A stretch of 64,000 bases of DNA from Hypanus sabinus (GCF_030144855.1 NC_082721.1:82708001-82772000); one strand, 5' to 3'; positions 24,080 to 38,403 are shown, numbered from the stretch's first letter. Numbers and translations are program-made. The notes: generated by a model not told the origin, from the letters alone.

Positions 24080-25390
24080 CCATTCTTCATTCACATGCCT
24101 ATCTAAGACTCTTAAAAGTCCCTTATGTATCCGACTCAACACCCACCCCTGACAGTGCAGTACAGACCCTTCCTCCTTCTCTGTAAAAACCTGCCTCTGA
24201 CTCCCTGGCTCACCATAAAAGGATCTCCTCTGCTACAGCCATTACCTGCCTGGAATAAGGCGCTGCTGCCCACTCTTCCTACGCCTCTTACAATCTTATA
24301 CAATCATCCTCCTTGGCTCCAAAGAGCTCAGTCAGCCTTTGCATAGAAGACATGCTCTCTAACCCAGTCAGCATCCTGCTCAATCTCCCCTGCACCATCT
24401 CCAAAGCTTCCTCATCTTTCCTATAATGAGGCGACTAGACATCACTACACTGTGTATTCAAAGGGCTGGAAAATCACATTGGACTGTGTGCTGAGCTGAC
24501 TCCTGAGCAGCTGTGGTCAAAGTCCCAAGAGCCTTCATTCCAGAGTCCTCCCTCAGTAAACAAACCATCTCTCCATGTGATGAGCCCAGAACTCTCGTCG
24601 TTGTCAGGCTGAGAAACAACAGATTCTCACCCAAGCCACATGAGCTCCTCTCAACCAGAAGCATTTTAAGAGAGCCTAGTGCAGGGAGCAATCCCACTGT
24701 CTGCTTCTCTGGTGGGTGGGATTTGGCACCAGCCCACAGTTTTCTCCAGGAAACATGAGGTGAAGAATCTCAGCACTAACTCATCGTGTCCACTGTGGCT
24801 CACGGGAGCACCGCCAGTCTCGTTTCAAACTGTTCTGGATTTAAGTTGTACGCCAAAGAGTGGAGCACAAAATCGAGGCCAGGGGTGTTGGTGAGCCTAT
24901 GGCATGTGTGGCCAGGATGTCAAATGCAGAAACTCTGTTGGCATGCAGCAATACCCCTTGATTCTTTTCATTTTTTTCATTTATTTCAATCTTGTCTGTT
25001 ATACTTTTATTAATGGTAACATAATGAATGTACAAATTGTTATTTATGTGTAAGTAACAATTACACATTGTTATGGAGTCATCGAAAAGTACAGCACAGA
25101 AACAGTTGACCGTAGTCCTCCAAATCTCTACCATCCATGAACCTACCCAAACTCTGCATAAACGTTGAAACCGCCACACTGTCACACCTCTGAGTGAAGA
25201 AGGCTCCCCTCATGTTCTCCTTGAACGTCTCATGTTTCCCCCCACCTCATAACCTCCGGTTGTAGTCCCACCCAATCTCAGTTGGAAAAGCCTGCTGGCA
25301 TTTACCCTATCGATACCCCTCATAATATTGAATATACCTCTGTACAATCTCTTCTCAATCTTCTACACTCTAAGGAATATATTCCTACTA
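24080..25390 (-). mobile_element. CR1 3' fragments (24080-24470 and 25040-25390)
   Basis: cacatgcctatctaag, ttcctataatgaggcgac and acacctctgagtgaagaaggctccccct match CR1 tail blocks. Confidence 0.5.
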
Positions 25391-26068
25391 ATAAATAAGG
25401 GTATTTACTCTTAATAAAGGTTTTTCTTTCAAAGAGTTCATATCTATTTTAACTGATTTAGTAATCAATGATATCTATTAACCCCATCATATCACTGCAC
25501 TGTAAACACTTTATACCATTTTTGATCATGTTGTTCACATTGTAAATCCATGCTTGTATTTCAATATTTATGCACGTTTTATTCCACATTCATGCTTTCA
25601 ACTTTATTTTTACATAATTCTCTATAAATGTTGAATGTTATTGTAATTTGTCACGGTCACACCCTCACCCACACACCACTGCAAATTCCTAATCTATGCT
25701 TTGTATATGGTGAATGAAGCTGATCCCTGATAATCTCGGCACAAAATTACCATGACACGCAACAGACATTTTTCAGAAGATCAGCACCAATTTGGACACA
25801 CGACCCCCAAAGGGGTTTGGCACCCCTCATTTAGGCTGACTTTACAGTGGTGTTCTGAGGAGGTCCTACACTGGCCCAGTGCTGTCCTTTAACTCAGACA
25901 TTAAACTGAAGTTCCATTTTGCAGAGCTGCCAATCCCTTGTGCCCTGGGCATATTTTGTTTGTTTTTTGATCTGACTGTGTGATGATATTGTACAGGCAG
26001 GGAATAAAGCAACTTATTCTGCTCCTATGTCTTATGGTCTATTCCACAAAGAAACCTCCTGTACTTAC

Positions 26069-26314
26069 ACAAGATCTCTACATCGTGAGAGGAGCTGGTG
26101 GAACCAATATTATTGCTGACTCCGCAAATGTACCGACCACCATCTCCCAGCCGGACCGAGGGGATGTGCAGACTCTCACCACGACTGATCGTTTTTCCAT
26201 CTTTGATCCAGCGCACCTCGGGAACTGGGTTGGCATCTGCGTGACAGGTTAAAATCTGGGATTCCCCTTCAATCCAGTTCTGCTTTCCAGAGATTTGTGC
26301 TTTCTTTGGAGAAT
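26069..26314 (-). CDS. Exon 6, Ig domain D5
   Basis: ctttacag|at, t|gtaagt; YSPKK...LTCHADANPVPEVRWIKDG...GGRYICGVSNNIG. Confidence 0.93.
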
Positions 26315-26473
26315 CTGTAAAGTTGATTAGAAATAGAAATTAAAAGCTGAAAGTTAAGAGCACAGAATTGTTCCTTGGTGATTTTGGTGCTGACCAAGTT
26401 CCACTTCTCAGAGTAAGAGAGACTTTTACTTTAATACCCTGTGCTACCACCAAGCACAGCAAGTCAAACACAG

Positions 26474-26860
26474 TCAGTGGCCACTTTATTAGATATACCT
26501 GAAGAGCCCAGTGTGGTCTTCTGCTGCTGTAGCCCATCCACTTCATGGTTCGACGTTTTGTGCATTCAGAGATGCTCTTCTGCACACCACTGTTTAACAA
26601 ATGGTTAGTTGAGTTACTGTCACTTTCCTGTCAGCTTGAACCACTCTGGCCAGTCTCCTCTGACTTTTCTTGTTAACAAGCTGCTTCTGGCCACAGAATC
26701 ACCACCCACTGGATGTTTTTTTGTTTTTCACACAATTCTCGGCAACTCTTGTTGTGCGTGAAAATCTCAGTAGGTCAGCAGCTTGAGTTACTCAAACCAC
26801 CCTGTCTGGCACCAACAATCATTCCACAGTCAAAGTTACTTACATGCTAATGTTGAATCG
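26474..26860 (-). mobile_element. Non-autonomous Tc1-like element
   Basis: TIR cagtggccactttattag; interior is the reverse complement of 49075-49580. Confidence 0.75.
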
Positions 26861-26879
26861 AAATGCTAATAAACTTTCC

Positions 26880-28700
26880 TATCTATGGACCTGTCCAAGT
26901 GATTTTCAGACCATTTAGAGAGGACTAAAATATAAAAGCAAGGAGGTAATGTTAAGGATTTATGAAGCACTGGTGAGGCCTCACTTGGAGTATTGTGAGC
27001 AGTTTTAGGCCCCTTATCTAAGAAAGGATATGCTGAAACATAGAACCAAAATACAGAAACCCTACAGCACAATACAGGCCCTTCAGCTGACAAAGCTGTG
27101 CCAAACACGTCCTTACCTCAGAACTACCTAGGCTTACCCATAGCCTTCTATTTTTTCTAAGCTCTATGTATCCATACAGGAGTCTTTTAAAAAACCCTAT
27201 CACTTCCAACTCCACTGCCGCTGCCAGTAGCCCATTCCACGCACTCATCACTCTCCGAGTGAAATACTTACCCATGACATCTCCTCTGTACCTACTTCCA
27301 AGCACCTTAAAACTATGCCCTCTCATGTTAGCCACTTCAGTCCTGGGAAAAAGCCTCTGACTATCCACACAATCAATTCCGCTCATTATCTTGTACACCT
27401 CTATCAGGTCACCTCTCATCCTCCGTTGCTCCAAGGAGAAAAAGCCAAGTTCACTCAATCTATTCTCATAAGGCATGCTCCCCAATCCAGGCAACATCCT
27501 TGTAAATCTCCTCTGCACCCTTTCTATGGTTTCTACGTCTTTCTTGTAGTAAGGTGTCCAGAATTGAGCACAGTACTCCGTGGGGTCTGACCAGGGTCCT
27601 ATACAGCTGTAACATTACCTCTCAGCTCTTAAACTCAATCCCACGATTGATAAAGGCCAATGCACTGTATGCCTTCTTAACCACAGAGTCAACCTGCGTA
27701 GCAGCTTTGAGTGTTCTACGGACTCTAACCTCAAGGTCCCTCTGTTCCTCCACACTGCCAAGAGTCTTGCCATTAATGTTATATTCTGCCATCATATTTG
27801 ACCTCCAAAAATGAACCACCTCACACTTATCTGGGTTGAACTCCCACTTCTCAGCCCAGTTTTGCGTCCTATCAATGTCCCGCCATAACCTCTGACAGCC
27901 CACCACACTATCCGCAACACCTCCAACCTTGGTGCCATCAGCAAATTTACTAACCCATCCCTCCACTTCCTCACCCAGATTATTTATAAAAATCACAAAG
28001 AGTAGGGGTCCCAGAACAGATCCCTGAGGCACACTACTGGTCACTGGCCTCCATACAGAATATGACCCATCTACAACCATTCTTTGTCTTCTGTGGGCAA
28101 GCCAGTTCTGGATCCACAAAGCAATGTCCCCTTGGATCCCATTCCTCCTTACTTTCTCAATAAGCCTTGCATGGGGTACCTTATCAAATGACTTGCCTCC
28201 TAAATTGAAACCGGAGAAGGCTCAAAGGAGCTTCATGAAAATGATTTCTGCATTGAGAGGCTTGTCATAGGAGGAGCGTTTGACGGCTCTGGGCCTGAAC
28301 TCAGTGGAATTCAAAAGAATGAGGGGAATCTCATTGACACCTATCGAGTGTTGAAAAGCCTCAATAGAGTGGATTTTGGAGAGGAGAGTGGCAGAGTCCG
28401 GTGCCAAAGGACACAGCCACGGAATAGAGGGGTGTCCTTTTAGATTGCAGATGAGGAAGAAGTTCTTCAGCCAGAGAGTGGTGAATCTGTGGAATTTGTT
28501 GCCACAGGAAACTATGGAGGCCAAGTCATTGGGTATATTTAAGGCGGAGGTTGACAGATTCTCGATTGGTCGCGGCATGAAAGGATGCAGGGAGAAAGCA
28601 GGCAATTGGGACTGAGAGGGAAAATGGATCAGCATTGATGAAATGACAGAGCAAAATCATTGGGCCAAATGGCCTAATTCTGCTCCTTTATCTTATGGTT
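26880..28700 (+). mobile_element. CR1 (+) containing a nested minus-strand CR1 at 27040-28205
   Basis: gatatgctgaaac resumes as tgaaaccggagaagg at 28206; inner ORFs 27018-27518 and 27622-28119 are CR1 RT. Confidence 0.8.
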
Positions 28701-31700
28701 TATTAAATGTTATTAACATAGTTGCCGAAGCTCTGTGATATAGTGACTCTTTTTCAGCTTTATGTCTTTTATAATCTGTGTTTCTGCACATTCTTTCTTT
28801 CTGCCGTATAAGTGGTTTAATTTTGAAGTTTGATGCTCTTGTTGCCACTGTGCAATTTAAATTTGGCCCGATTTGAAAGTTTTTCTTTGCGAGGAGGTTG
28901 ATGTTCTTGCAGTTCAGTGATTTTGTTTTTCTGCGTGGGGGAGGGAGGATTTTATGCTCTTGTTGCCGTTACCATTGAAATTTGGGGTGATTTGCAAGTT
29001 TTGTTGTGTGGGGGAGGGGCATGAGTGGCTTCCATATTTTTCTTTATTTCCTGGCTGTCTGAATCTCACAGTTATATACTTCATACATACTGTGATAACA
29101 AATGAACCTTTGAGACTTTCTCATCTGGTACCTCATTCCATATAGCCTCTCGGTGACAAAGCTGCTCCTCAGGGTCCTCTTGCACCTTCCCCCTCTCAGC
29201 TTAAACCAATACCTGCAAGTTCTAGGGTCCCAACCTGGGATAAGCATCACAATCAATAGCAATACAGCATAACAGTGGCTCCGTTATCCCTAATGGAATT
29301 ACTTTGTCATCTACTGAGTAATTTGCTGATCTCTGTCAGGGGTTGACAGCAGTAAGCTACATGCCTGTAGTTGGCAGTGGTTCTCATTTAGAACAGTGAA
29401 AGATGTGCATTACAGTATTAATGCCTGTTGAGCATTGGTAACATCCTGCTTTTGAGAAGAGCTGAGGAAGCCTGCAGTTTGTAGCAATTCCACACAGTGG
29501 CAGTGCATCATGCATTTTGATATAGAGCCTCAACTCTTTTAACCCTCCCTGCACTGAACCCATTCCTTCCCTGAGATCCTCAAAGCAGACACAATGAGTA
29601 TTGTTATTTCAATTTTGGTGGAAATTGTATAATTCCAGTACTCCACCTTAGATATAGCAACAGAAAGGAAAGGTGACGTTACAGATCAGAATCAGATTTA
29701 ATATCACCAGTATAGCTCAATGACGATTTGTTAAATATAAGGGAAGCTGAATTACACCAAGTATATGTCTATTAAATAGTTAAATTAAAATAAGTAGTGT
29801 AGAATAAAAGTCATGAGGTAGTGTTCATGGGTTCAATGTCATTTAGAAATCAGATACCACCTTCTAGAAGATTTGGGCGGGTATCAGAACCCATCCCGGA
29901 CTTGATTCAGGATCTCTTATTCCCCAAACCTCTCCCCTCTCCCCACTCCATACTCTCTGGAACATCCAGCATTAGTCAACCTGAGGTCCCCAAAAGTGCC
30001 TGACTAAGAGTCATCGATCTGAACTGTTAACTTGGCCCGACTTGTGTGTTGCCAACATTGTGTTTTTGTTTCTGAATTGTCCCAGTGCTTCCCCCACCTC
30101 TTTGTTTACTCCTTGAAAAGTCCTGTTGAACTGAGTCACAGGGACATGTCGGACAGGCTCGGACTGTATTATCTGGAGTGTGTGAGACTGATCTTAAAAA
30201 GGTGTATAAAATCACAACTATTATCTCATGTTCTGGTTATTTATTGCTATTTATTTCAATTTGTATTTGCAGTTTATTGCCTTCTGATCTCTCATTGATC
30301 CTGTTCTAGTGACTATTCTGTGGATTTGCTGAGGATGCCCAGAGGCAAATGAACCTCAGGGTTCTATGTGGTGACGTGTATGAACTCTGACAGTAAATTT
30401 ACTTTGAACACAAGGGCACATGTCTGAGATGAGTGAGAACATGAGACGCGTTTCTCTAGTTTGTGACGTTACAAAACCAGTTGTCACAGAAGAGGGGAAC
30501 TTGGGGAACCTACGAAGGACAGAATTATGTTGACCTTTGTTAACAGGCTGGCCAGGTGACAGGAAACCTCAAGACAAAATGTTTCAGTGGGTTACAGGAT
30601 CACAACGTGGAAAGCTGTCCAGGTACGCTCCACTGACAAAGAGCAGAACAAAACCAACACAATCATTTCGTGTTTGCTCCCTGACGTGGGAATACTGTCA
30701 TGTGGCCATGTCAGTGTCGCCTGCTGTAAAGAAACGAATCAGCAAAACAAAATATACAACATTTTCATTGGGAAGTGTGAGGGGGAGGAGAAATCAGGAA
30801 ATGGAGTCGTTGGAGGTGTGGGGGTCACAGAGGGGGCAAGGGAGGTGGAAGGCAAAGAGGGGTTGTGTGTGGGAATTCAGAGAGGACACAGGGAGGCAGA
30901 GAGAGGGCAATGAGTGGTCTTGGGACTCAAGCCGTGAGCTCACTTGCTTTTCAGCTACTGGGGGGTGAGGCGTCTGAGCCGTCATGCCCTACCACGGGCA
31001 GCATAGCGCTGTAGTGGTTGATTGAAGATTCCATTTGAATTGAGGCGTCAGGACTATATGTATTTAGATTTGTCTGCTTGTGTCTTTATTATTATTCAAT
31101 ATATTCCTGTATCTGTGAGGACTGGGCCTCTAAGCCATGGTATCGCCTAGCAGACATTGGGCATCGGGGCCAGTCGAGAGATGATCACAGTGACTGGGGG
31201 GGCTGGACTATATACGTGCATAATCTGTGTCGTTGTAATTTACTGATGATCTATATGGATTTATCGATTTGAACGTGCAAGAACTGGGCATCAAGTCGTG
31301 GTGTTTCCGGGTGGGATGGGGGGAGTGTAGGAGGCAAACCTGGACTCTCTTATTCCGTGAATGTGTTCTTGTGTGTGACTGTCTGTAATGTGTTTTAGCA
31401 CCTTGACCCCATTTTTAAAACTCTCTCCTTTGCCTGTATTCATCTAAGGTTGAATGACAATTAAACTTGAATTGAACTGAAGAAGATTTCACTTGGTTCG
31501 GGTTTAGACGGAGCAAGTAGTGATCAGGTGACCCTGTCAGTGGATGGTTCAAAGTCCTTCGAGTCAGAGTCCCAGGCAACCATGGGGAGTTGAGTGGAAC
31601 TCGTTCATGTGGAGTGTTTCTGATGTGGAACTCTCCTCCTGAGGGCTGAGGGGAATGGAATCAATCAGGCTGAAGGATGGGCTCGAGGGAAAGTAGGGTG

Positions 31701-32529
31701 CAAGGTCAATGGGGCTAAATGGATTAATTTGAGAAGAGCAGGGAAGGTCTTGATAGGCTGAATGGTCTCATTGTAATGATTCAAGGATATAATTTTTATT
31801 TTATTTAGAGATATAGTACGGTTACAAGCCGTTCGGGGTCTACGATCCTACACCACCCAATTACTCACATGTGACTATGTATCTATGTCTATGAAGGTGA
31901 CTCTTTGGCAGTCCCTGCATGTTCAATACTTGTTCCACTACACTCGCCAGGGTGGTTCCATTCATTGTGAGAGTCCGACCCTCAAACGGATCAGGATTGA
32001 ACACCGTTGACCAGCCCTCGGCCCACTCTTCAATAACCAGGATGCCACTGCAGTTACTGATAACTGTATTTACTGCCTACAATACCATTGGTACCATCTG
32101 CAAACTCAGGCCTGGTACATTCACACCCAAATAGCTTCTACTTGTATAAATACCAAACAACAAAGATGCCAGTAGCAGTCTCTGCGGGATACCATTAATC
32201 ACAGGTCTTCAGCCCAAGAAACAGGTTTCCACCATTCCCCTCTGCTCCCGACTGGCAAACCATTTGTGAATCCAGTTAACCATCTCTGCCTTGTCCCTCC
32301 TGACCAGCATCCTCATGGTCCCCTCTTCGAAAAACTCTAACCGATTTGTCAGACAAGATTTGCTACTCAGAGAGCCCTACTGATTCTCCCAAATCATCCC
32401 TTGTCCATCCAAACCCCAGATTCCCATCCCAACACTGATGTCAGATGTGTTCTCTTATTATTTGTCATTTTTACCCAAATTGTATGAATTCCTTTAATAT
32501 TTCCTTCTAATGAACCTGAGCTAATTTAA

Positions 32530-32810
32530 CACAGGACAGAATGGTTAGTACAACGCTCTACAGTACAGGCGAACAGGGATCATTTCCTGCCACTGCCTGG
32601 AAGGAGTCTGTACATTCTCCCTGTCACCATATGGGTTTCCTCCGGGTGCCCTGGTTTCCTCCCACAGTCACCGGTTGGGAGGTTAATTGGTCATTGTAAA
32701 CTGTCCTATGATCAGGCAAGGGTTAAATCAGGGGATTACTGGGCGGTGTGGCTCGAAGGGCCAGAACGGCCTATTCTGTGCTGTATCTCAATAAATAAAA
32801 ATAAATATAA
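32530..32810 (+). mobile_element. HE1-like SINE
   Basis: gggtttcctccgggtgccctggtttcctcccacagtc core and A-rich tail. Confidence 0.75.
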
Positions 32811-33439
32811 CACAGTACAAAATAAAAATAAAATATAACTCAGTACAGCCCTTCAGCCCATCTTGTGCACACTGACCAAGATACCATTCTGACAACCTGC
32901 ACAAGGTCTGTGTCCCTCTATTCCCTGCCTGTATAAATATTATTAAAAGTTAAATCACATCTGCTTCTGTGAGCATGTTCCAAGAAGCGACCACTCTCTA
33001 CGTAAAAAAAAATGACCTTGCACACCTTAAAGTCTTCACTGCCATTCACCCTGTCCCCTGTCCCACAAACGGTCATGTCAGCATTGGGACCATGCTGTGT
33101 GTGGACAGAGAATACTGTTCCCGATTGTACAACAGGACACTAACGTACAATGGCCCCATGAGTCTCCACAATACTGATACATCAAAATAGGAGATATGAT
33201 TGATCCAGTCGAACACTCCCAAAGCAACACACACTCAATGCTGGAGGGACTCAGCAGGTCAGGCTGCTGAGGATTTCAGGGTTGGATAAAACTGCACTGG
33301 AAAGGAAGGGGGAAGACTGCAGGACTCTCCCGTAGTCTGTGGAGTTCTGTATGGAGTGGGAGGAGAGCTGGTTGTTCATTCATCTGCATTTGAAATAAAG
33401 AACTCAACAGCCTTTAGTGTCAATAATCAGATCACTTAC

Positions 33440-33721
33440 ACCAGACAGTGACAGTGGTGGACTGTTGTTTAATAATGATGTTGGAGTGATGGTGAAATGT
33501 CAGCTCGGCCTCGCAGGTGAACTGCTGTCCATTCAGCTCGGCTCCTGGAGTCACAGTGTGGTAGATAGTCAGCCCAGCACTGGCTGACCTGTTCACTAAT
33601 ATCTCACTTCCCTTCTTCAGTCTGAGTTGAAATTCCCCTGAGACGTTAAACACACTGCAGGTAATATTCACCGGAATACCCTCAGTGGTGATCAGGATGT
33701 GGAATTCAGGGTTGGAGAAAA
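33440..33721 (-). CDS. Exon 5, Ig domain D4
   Basis: gttacag|tt, t|gtaagt; VNITCSV and GQQFTCEAEL. Confidence 0.92.
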
Positions 33722-33971
33722 CTGTAACAACAGAAAACATTGTTAGAAACTTCTCAAAGTGAGTTCTGCAGCCCTTCTGCGCCACTAGTCTGAGGTAGCA
33801 AATGCGACTCTGTTGAAGTCTGTCTGTGGTACAGCACCCACCTACCTCACTGTGTGTCTAGTGGCTAAAGGAGGTGCTGTGGGAATTATGAAAATCCCCT
33901 CCCACAGTTCCCAGCGTCATTCACTCCTGACCCAATCTCATCAAAGCAAATGACACATTGGTTCAGAGCAT

Positions 33972-34107
33972 NNNNNNNNNNNNNNNNNNNNNNNNNNNNN
34001 NNNNNNNNNNNNNNNNNNNNNNNNNNNNNNNNNNNNNNNNNNNNNNNNNNNNNNNNNNNNNNNNNNNNNNNNNNNNNNNNNNNNNNNNNNNNNNNNNNNN
34101 NNNNNNN
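33972..34107. other. Assembly gap (136 N) in intron 4
   Basis: run of n. Confidence 1.
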
Positions 34108-35244
34108 TACAATGTCTTTTTAAGTCTGAGCAATCCTGGTAAAGCTGTCATTCGCCACCACAACAGGGTTGGCTTGGCAAGTAACCAGTCAGTGGTTTCT
34201 CAGTCATTACAGATGGCACTTTGCTTCAAAGCAATGGTGTGTCTCCACACACCTGTGTCTAATTGCAACTTACAGTTTATGTATTGCATCTTGGGTATGA
34301 AGTACTTTGATATATTGTGAGGGTGAAAGCCTGTGTGGAGTATATTTTACTGACTATATAAATGTATATGTAAAAAGTATATGTGTATATATTTTTATAA
34401 AATAGAAATAAAATATGAAGTAAAAAGGAAAATAAACTATAAATTGCAATTAGATATGCAGTGTGTATAATACACACACACAATATCTAATTGCAGCCTA
34501 CAGATTTTGTATTGCATTGTACTGCTGCCATAAATTTGAAAAATTCATAACACATGTCAATAATAATAAACCTGACTGATTTAACTTTGCTGCAAACTTC
34601 TGTCTCCGTTCTATCTAATGATCCGTTTGCTGGCAGTCTTTGACCCCACATTCAGTTTCTATCTCTGACAAATTCAATTGCCGGTCGCTGCTTCTGCAAC
34701 AGGATTTTATCCTGGTACACAGATTTCTGAATGGATGAACACTACATCAGTATTTGAGCTTTTGCTCTCTTTTGCAATACTATACAGATATGTATATCTT
34801 TGTGTAATTTATAATTTATTCTCGTTATTCTACATGACATTGTACTGCTGTTGCAAAACAATAAATTTCATGACATATGCCAATGGTGTTGAACAGGATT
34901 CTGATTACTGGCCAGGCTTAGTCACATGCTCCATTGAACCCGCTCCATTAATAAACCCTCGGCTAAATAACTACATCTGCTTCAAGGGTTCAAAGGTTCA
35001 TTTTATAGTCGAAGTGTGCTTGCGGAATATAGCTCTCATATTCATCTTCTCCAGATAGCCATGGCATTCAGAAAAACTGTGGACATTGTTGAAAGAAAAG
35101 ACATTGACCACCCCCCACCCACCCGTCCCCACACAAGAAAGAAATCTGCTCTGTGTTGCTGCCTGTTAACGGTTTAGGAGCGGGGGGGGGGAACTCTGAA
35201 AGATAACTGTCTAGTCAAAGTTCTCAATTATCCAGCATACTTAC

Positions 35245-35538
35245 CGTACATGTCAATGGTGATGCTATCATTCTTTGATGAAACTGATGGATAGTCCTCA
35301 AAATCTGCCGTGCATTTGAGTTCAGTCTCACCGCTCTCTCGTGGTGTCCATGTAGCTGTTGCCTGGACTGTGGTGGAATCTGATCTACTGGGAACTGAAT
35401 TCCATTCCTCACCATCCTGAAACCACCTTAATCTCACCTTCTCGGCAGGGTAGATGTTTGAGACCTCACATGTCAATGTGGTCTCCTGATTTACTTCTAC
35501 AGGGTCTCTGTTGAGGATCCTTGGAGGCTCTGGAAAGG
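35245..35538 (-). CDS. Exon 4, Ig domain D3
   Basis: tattgcag|cc, g|gtaagt; junction gives YSFPEPP; LTCEVSNIYPAEKVRLRW and LKCTADF. Confidence 0.93.
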
Positions 35539-35825
35539 CTGCAATACACACAAGAAATTCACTGCACATTGGTTTGCCTTGGCATGTTTCACACACTGAT
35601 GGAATGATGCAAAACTGACTAAACCTTTATGAGCCTCTGTACACAACCAGGAGTTCATCAAACCCACGCCAGTATCCGCAATTCCATACTTTGCCCTTTC
35701 TCTGAACTTCTCCTGCTCTAAAGGCACCCCAAAAATTTAACTCTTTGCTCCTCCCATGAGCAGTGATACAGGAGTGAACTCTCACTGACCTCTCAAGAGT
35801 GTGATCTCAACGAGCGGCAGGTTTG

Positions 35826-36250
35826 GGGCAGCACGGTAGTGTAGTGGTTAGCACAACGCTTCACAGTGCGGGCGATCCCTGTTCAATTCCCACTGCTGCC
35901 TGTAAGGAGTTTATATATTTTCCCTGTGACCGTGTGGGTTTCCTCCCACAGTCCAAAGACATACAGGTTGGTGGGTTACAGAAACATAGAAAACCTAGAG
36001 CACAATATAGGCCCTTTGGCCCACATAGTGGTTTTGAACATGTCCTTACTTGTGAAATTATCTAGGGTTACCCACAGCCCTCTTTTTTCTGAGCTCCATG
36101 TACCTGTCCAGGTGTCTCTTAAAAGACCCTATTGTATTTGCCTCCACCACCATTGGGCCATTGTAAATTGTCATGCGATTAGGCTTGGGTTAAAATGGTG
36201 GATCGGTGGGCAATGTGACTCGAAGGGCTATTCTGTGTTGTAGTCTTTCA
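35826..36250 (+). mobile_element. HE1-like SINE interrupted by a minus-strand CR1 tail (about 35978-36150)
   Basis: head ggggcagcacggtagtgtagtggttagcac; SINE resumes at attgggccattgtaaattgtc. Confidence 0.75.
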
Positions 36251-36299
36251 ATCTATTTTGTTCAGCCCAAACTGGTCCAAGAGAAGGGCTGATCCCTAA

Positions 36300-36910
36300 A
36301 GAATGGTCATAAAGAAAGCTTTTGGCACGTTTCCCTTCATGAATCAAAGTATTGTGTACAGGAGATGGGATGGTATGTTGAAGTTTTGTAAGACATTGGT
36401 GAGGCCTGATTTGGAGTATTGTGTGCAGTTCTGGTCACCTACTTATTGCAAAGATGTAAATGAGGTTGAAAAAGTACAGATGAAATGTTCAAGGATTTAG
36501 CCCTGGACTGCAGGACCTGAGTTATGAGGAAAGATTGAATCTGTTTGGATTTTATTCCTTGGAATGTCAAAGATTGAGAGGAGATTTCATAGAATGATAC
36601 AAAATTATAAGGTGTATAGATAGGGTAAATGCTAGCAGGCATTTCGCACTGAGGTTGGGTGTGACTACAACTAGAGGTCATAGATTATGTGAAAGGTGAA
36701 AAGCTTAAGGGGAACACGAGGGGAAACTATTTCATTCAAATGGTTGTGAGAATGTGGAAAGAGCTGCCAGTGCAAGTGGTAGATTTCAACACTTAAGAGA
36801 AGTTCCTGGATGGTAGGGGTATGGAGGGCTATGGCGCTGATGCAGTTGGATGGGAGTAGGTAGATTAAATGGTTCTGCACATACTAGATGGACTGTACTT
36901 TTCTATGACT
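36300..36910 (+). mobile_element. CR1 3' part
   Basis: LVRPDLEYCVQFWSP in ORF 36303-36500. Confidence 0.75.
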
Positions 36911-37218
36911 CTATCCAATACCCACCACCTGCACTGACCACCAAGAGGGACACAGGAGTATCGGGTAAAAGTGCCGAATTTGCAGGAGTTTGGAATTGTT
37001 TCAGTGATCTGCAGCCAAATAATCTCTTCCATTTCCATGATGCCCTGAAGTTGTAAACTTTCAGTCTCGGTTCAAGATAAACAAGTTTTGCTGAACGGAT
37101 AAAACAAGAAATGTGAAAGCTTTTAAAACAGGGCCACTCATTGCCTATTTTTGCCAATTCTTAACCAATGTGGGGGGGGGGGGTGAGGGAGGCAGTTCGA
37201 TTTCAAAATGGAACTCAC

Positions 37219-37530
37219 AATACGTTTGCAGAGTCACAGAGGCATTTGCGATCTGTGTGGTCGTTTTAGAGTCCAAGATCAACTCTGCCAAGCAGGTGTA
37301 CACCATTCCATCATCAGAAATACTTGCAATGAAATGAAGGACATTCTTCAATGGACCATCTTCCGGGAGACCTGGGTCCTCTGTGGAATTACGTTGAACA
37401 GTCTCACTCCCTCTGAGCCAGGTGAGTACGAGTCTGTTCTGTGGATAGACCTTCGGGCCAGTGCACTCCAGCTGATATGGTTTGTTAACTTCCAGCACTT
37501 CAGGAGCTGGAACAATGCTTAAGTTTCGAT
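37219..37530 (-). CDS. Exon 3, Ig domain D2
   Basis: tttgacag|at, t|gtgagt; LECTGPKVYPQNRLVLTWLRG and YTCLAELIL, typical of ICAM D2. Confidence 0.93.
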
Positions 37531-37589
37531 CTGTCAAAGGAGAATCACGTTAACAAAATTCATTCAGATTACAAATCTAGATTATACTT

Positions 37590-38280
37590 GTGTCAAACAG
37601 AAGAAAATCTGCAGATGCTGGAAATCCGCAGCAACACACAGAAAGTGCTGGAGGAACACAGCAGGCCAGGCAGCATCTATGGAAAAGAGTAAACAGTCAA
37701 CGCTTCGAGTCGAGACCCTTAATCAGGTTTGGTAGGAGACGGGGAGAAGTCTGAACAAGAAGGTGGAAGGAGGGTAGGAACAAGTACACGTTGGTAAGTG
37801 ATAGGGGAAACTGGGAGAGGGGGAGGGGTGAAGTTAAGAGCAAGGAGGTTAATTGGTGAAAGGGATATAGTACAGGGCTGGGGAAGGTGGAATTGGACAG
37901 GAGAGGACTGAAGATGAGGGAAGAAAGGGGAGGGGGAGGAGCACCACAGGGAGGAGATGGGCAGGTAGGGAGATGAAGTGAGAGAGGGAAACAGGAATGG
38001 GGAATGGTGAAGGAGAGGAGGGGGCAATTCACTGTTCATGTCATCACATCGAAGGTTACCCAGACAATATTTATTTCATCTGATCTCCTTGCCTGCCCAG
38101 TTTCACCCATCATCTGTCACCTTGTACATCCTTCTTCCCTCGCCCAACTTCTCATTGGGATTTCTCTCCTTCCCTCTCAGTCCTGAAGAAGGATCTCGGC
38201 CCAAAATGTTGACTGTTTACTCTTTTCCACAGATGCTGCCGGTCCTGCTGATTTCCTCCAGCATTTTGTACGTGTCCCAC
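37590..38280. mobile_element. Penelope-like remnant with inverted termini
   Basis: terminal unit on the minus strand at 37600-37720 and on the plus strand at 38178-38280, purine-rich spacer; decayed hammerhead at 38178-38215. Confidence 0.7.
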
Positions 38281-38403
38281 CTTTCTTTCTATTCACTGTC
38301 ATTTCAAATGACTTCAGAACTTTGAAATACTCCTTATATTGTCTACCATCTTTAAAAGTTTCTCAAACTTTCATCAATGTCCCTAACAAATGGTGCTCAA
38401 GTA

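Noticed and set aside
26221-26314. Apparent frameshift at the start of the D5 exon (ORF track starts at 26216)
   Set aside because: Recounting gives an uninterrupted frame YSPKKAQISGKQNWIEGESQILTC; the track simply began at an internal GTG
33972-34107. Missing Ig exon hidden in the assembly gap
   Set aside because: Exons 4 and 5 already join in frame with a normal linker (DMYVFSNP). It cannot be excluded if the true gap is larger than 136 bp, but nothing supports it
37720-38030. Long purine or pyrimidine tracts as independent triplex or G4 elements (also 19000-19220 and 43610-43880)
   Set aside because: They are a recurring part of the Penelope-like terminal region rather than locus-specific features
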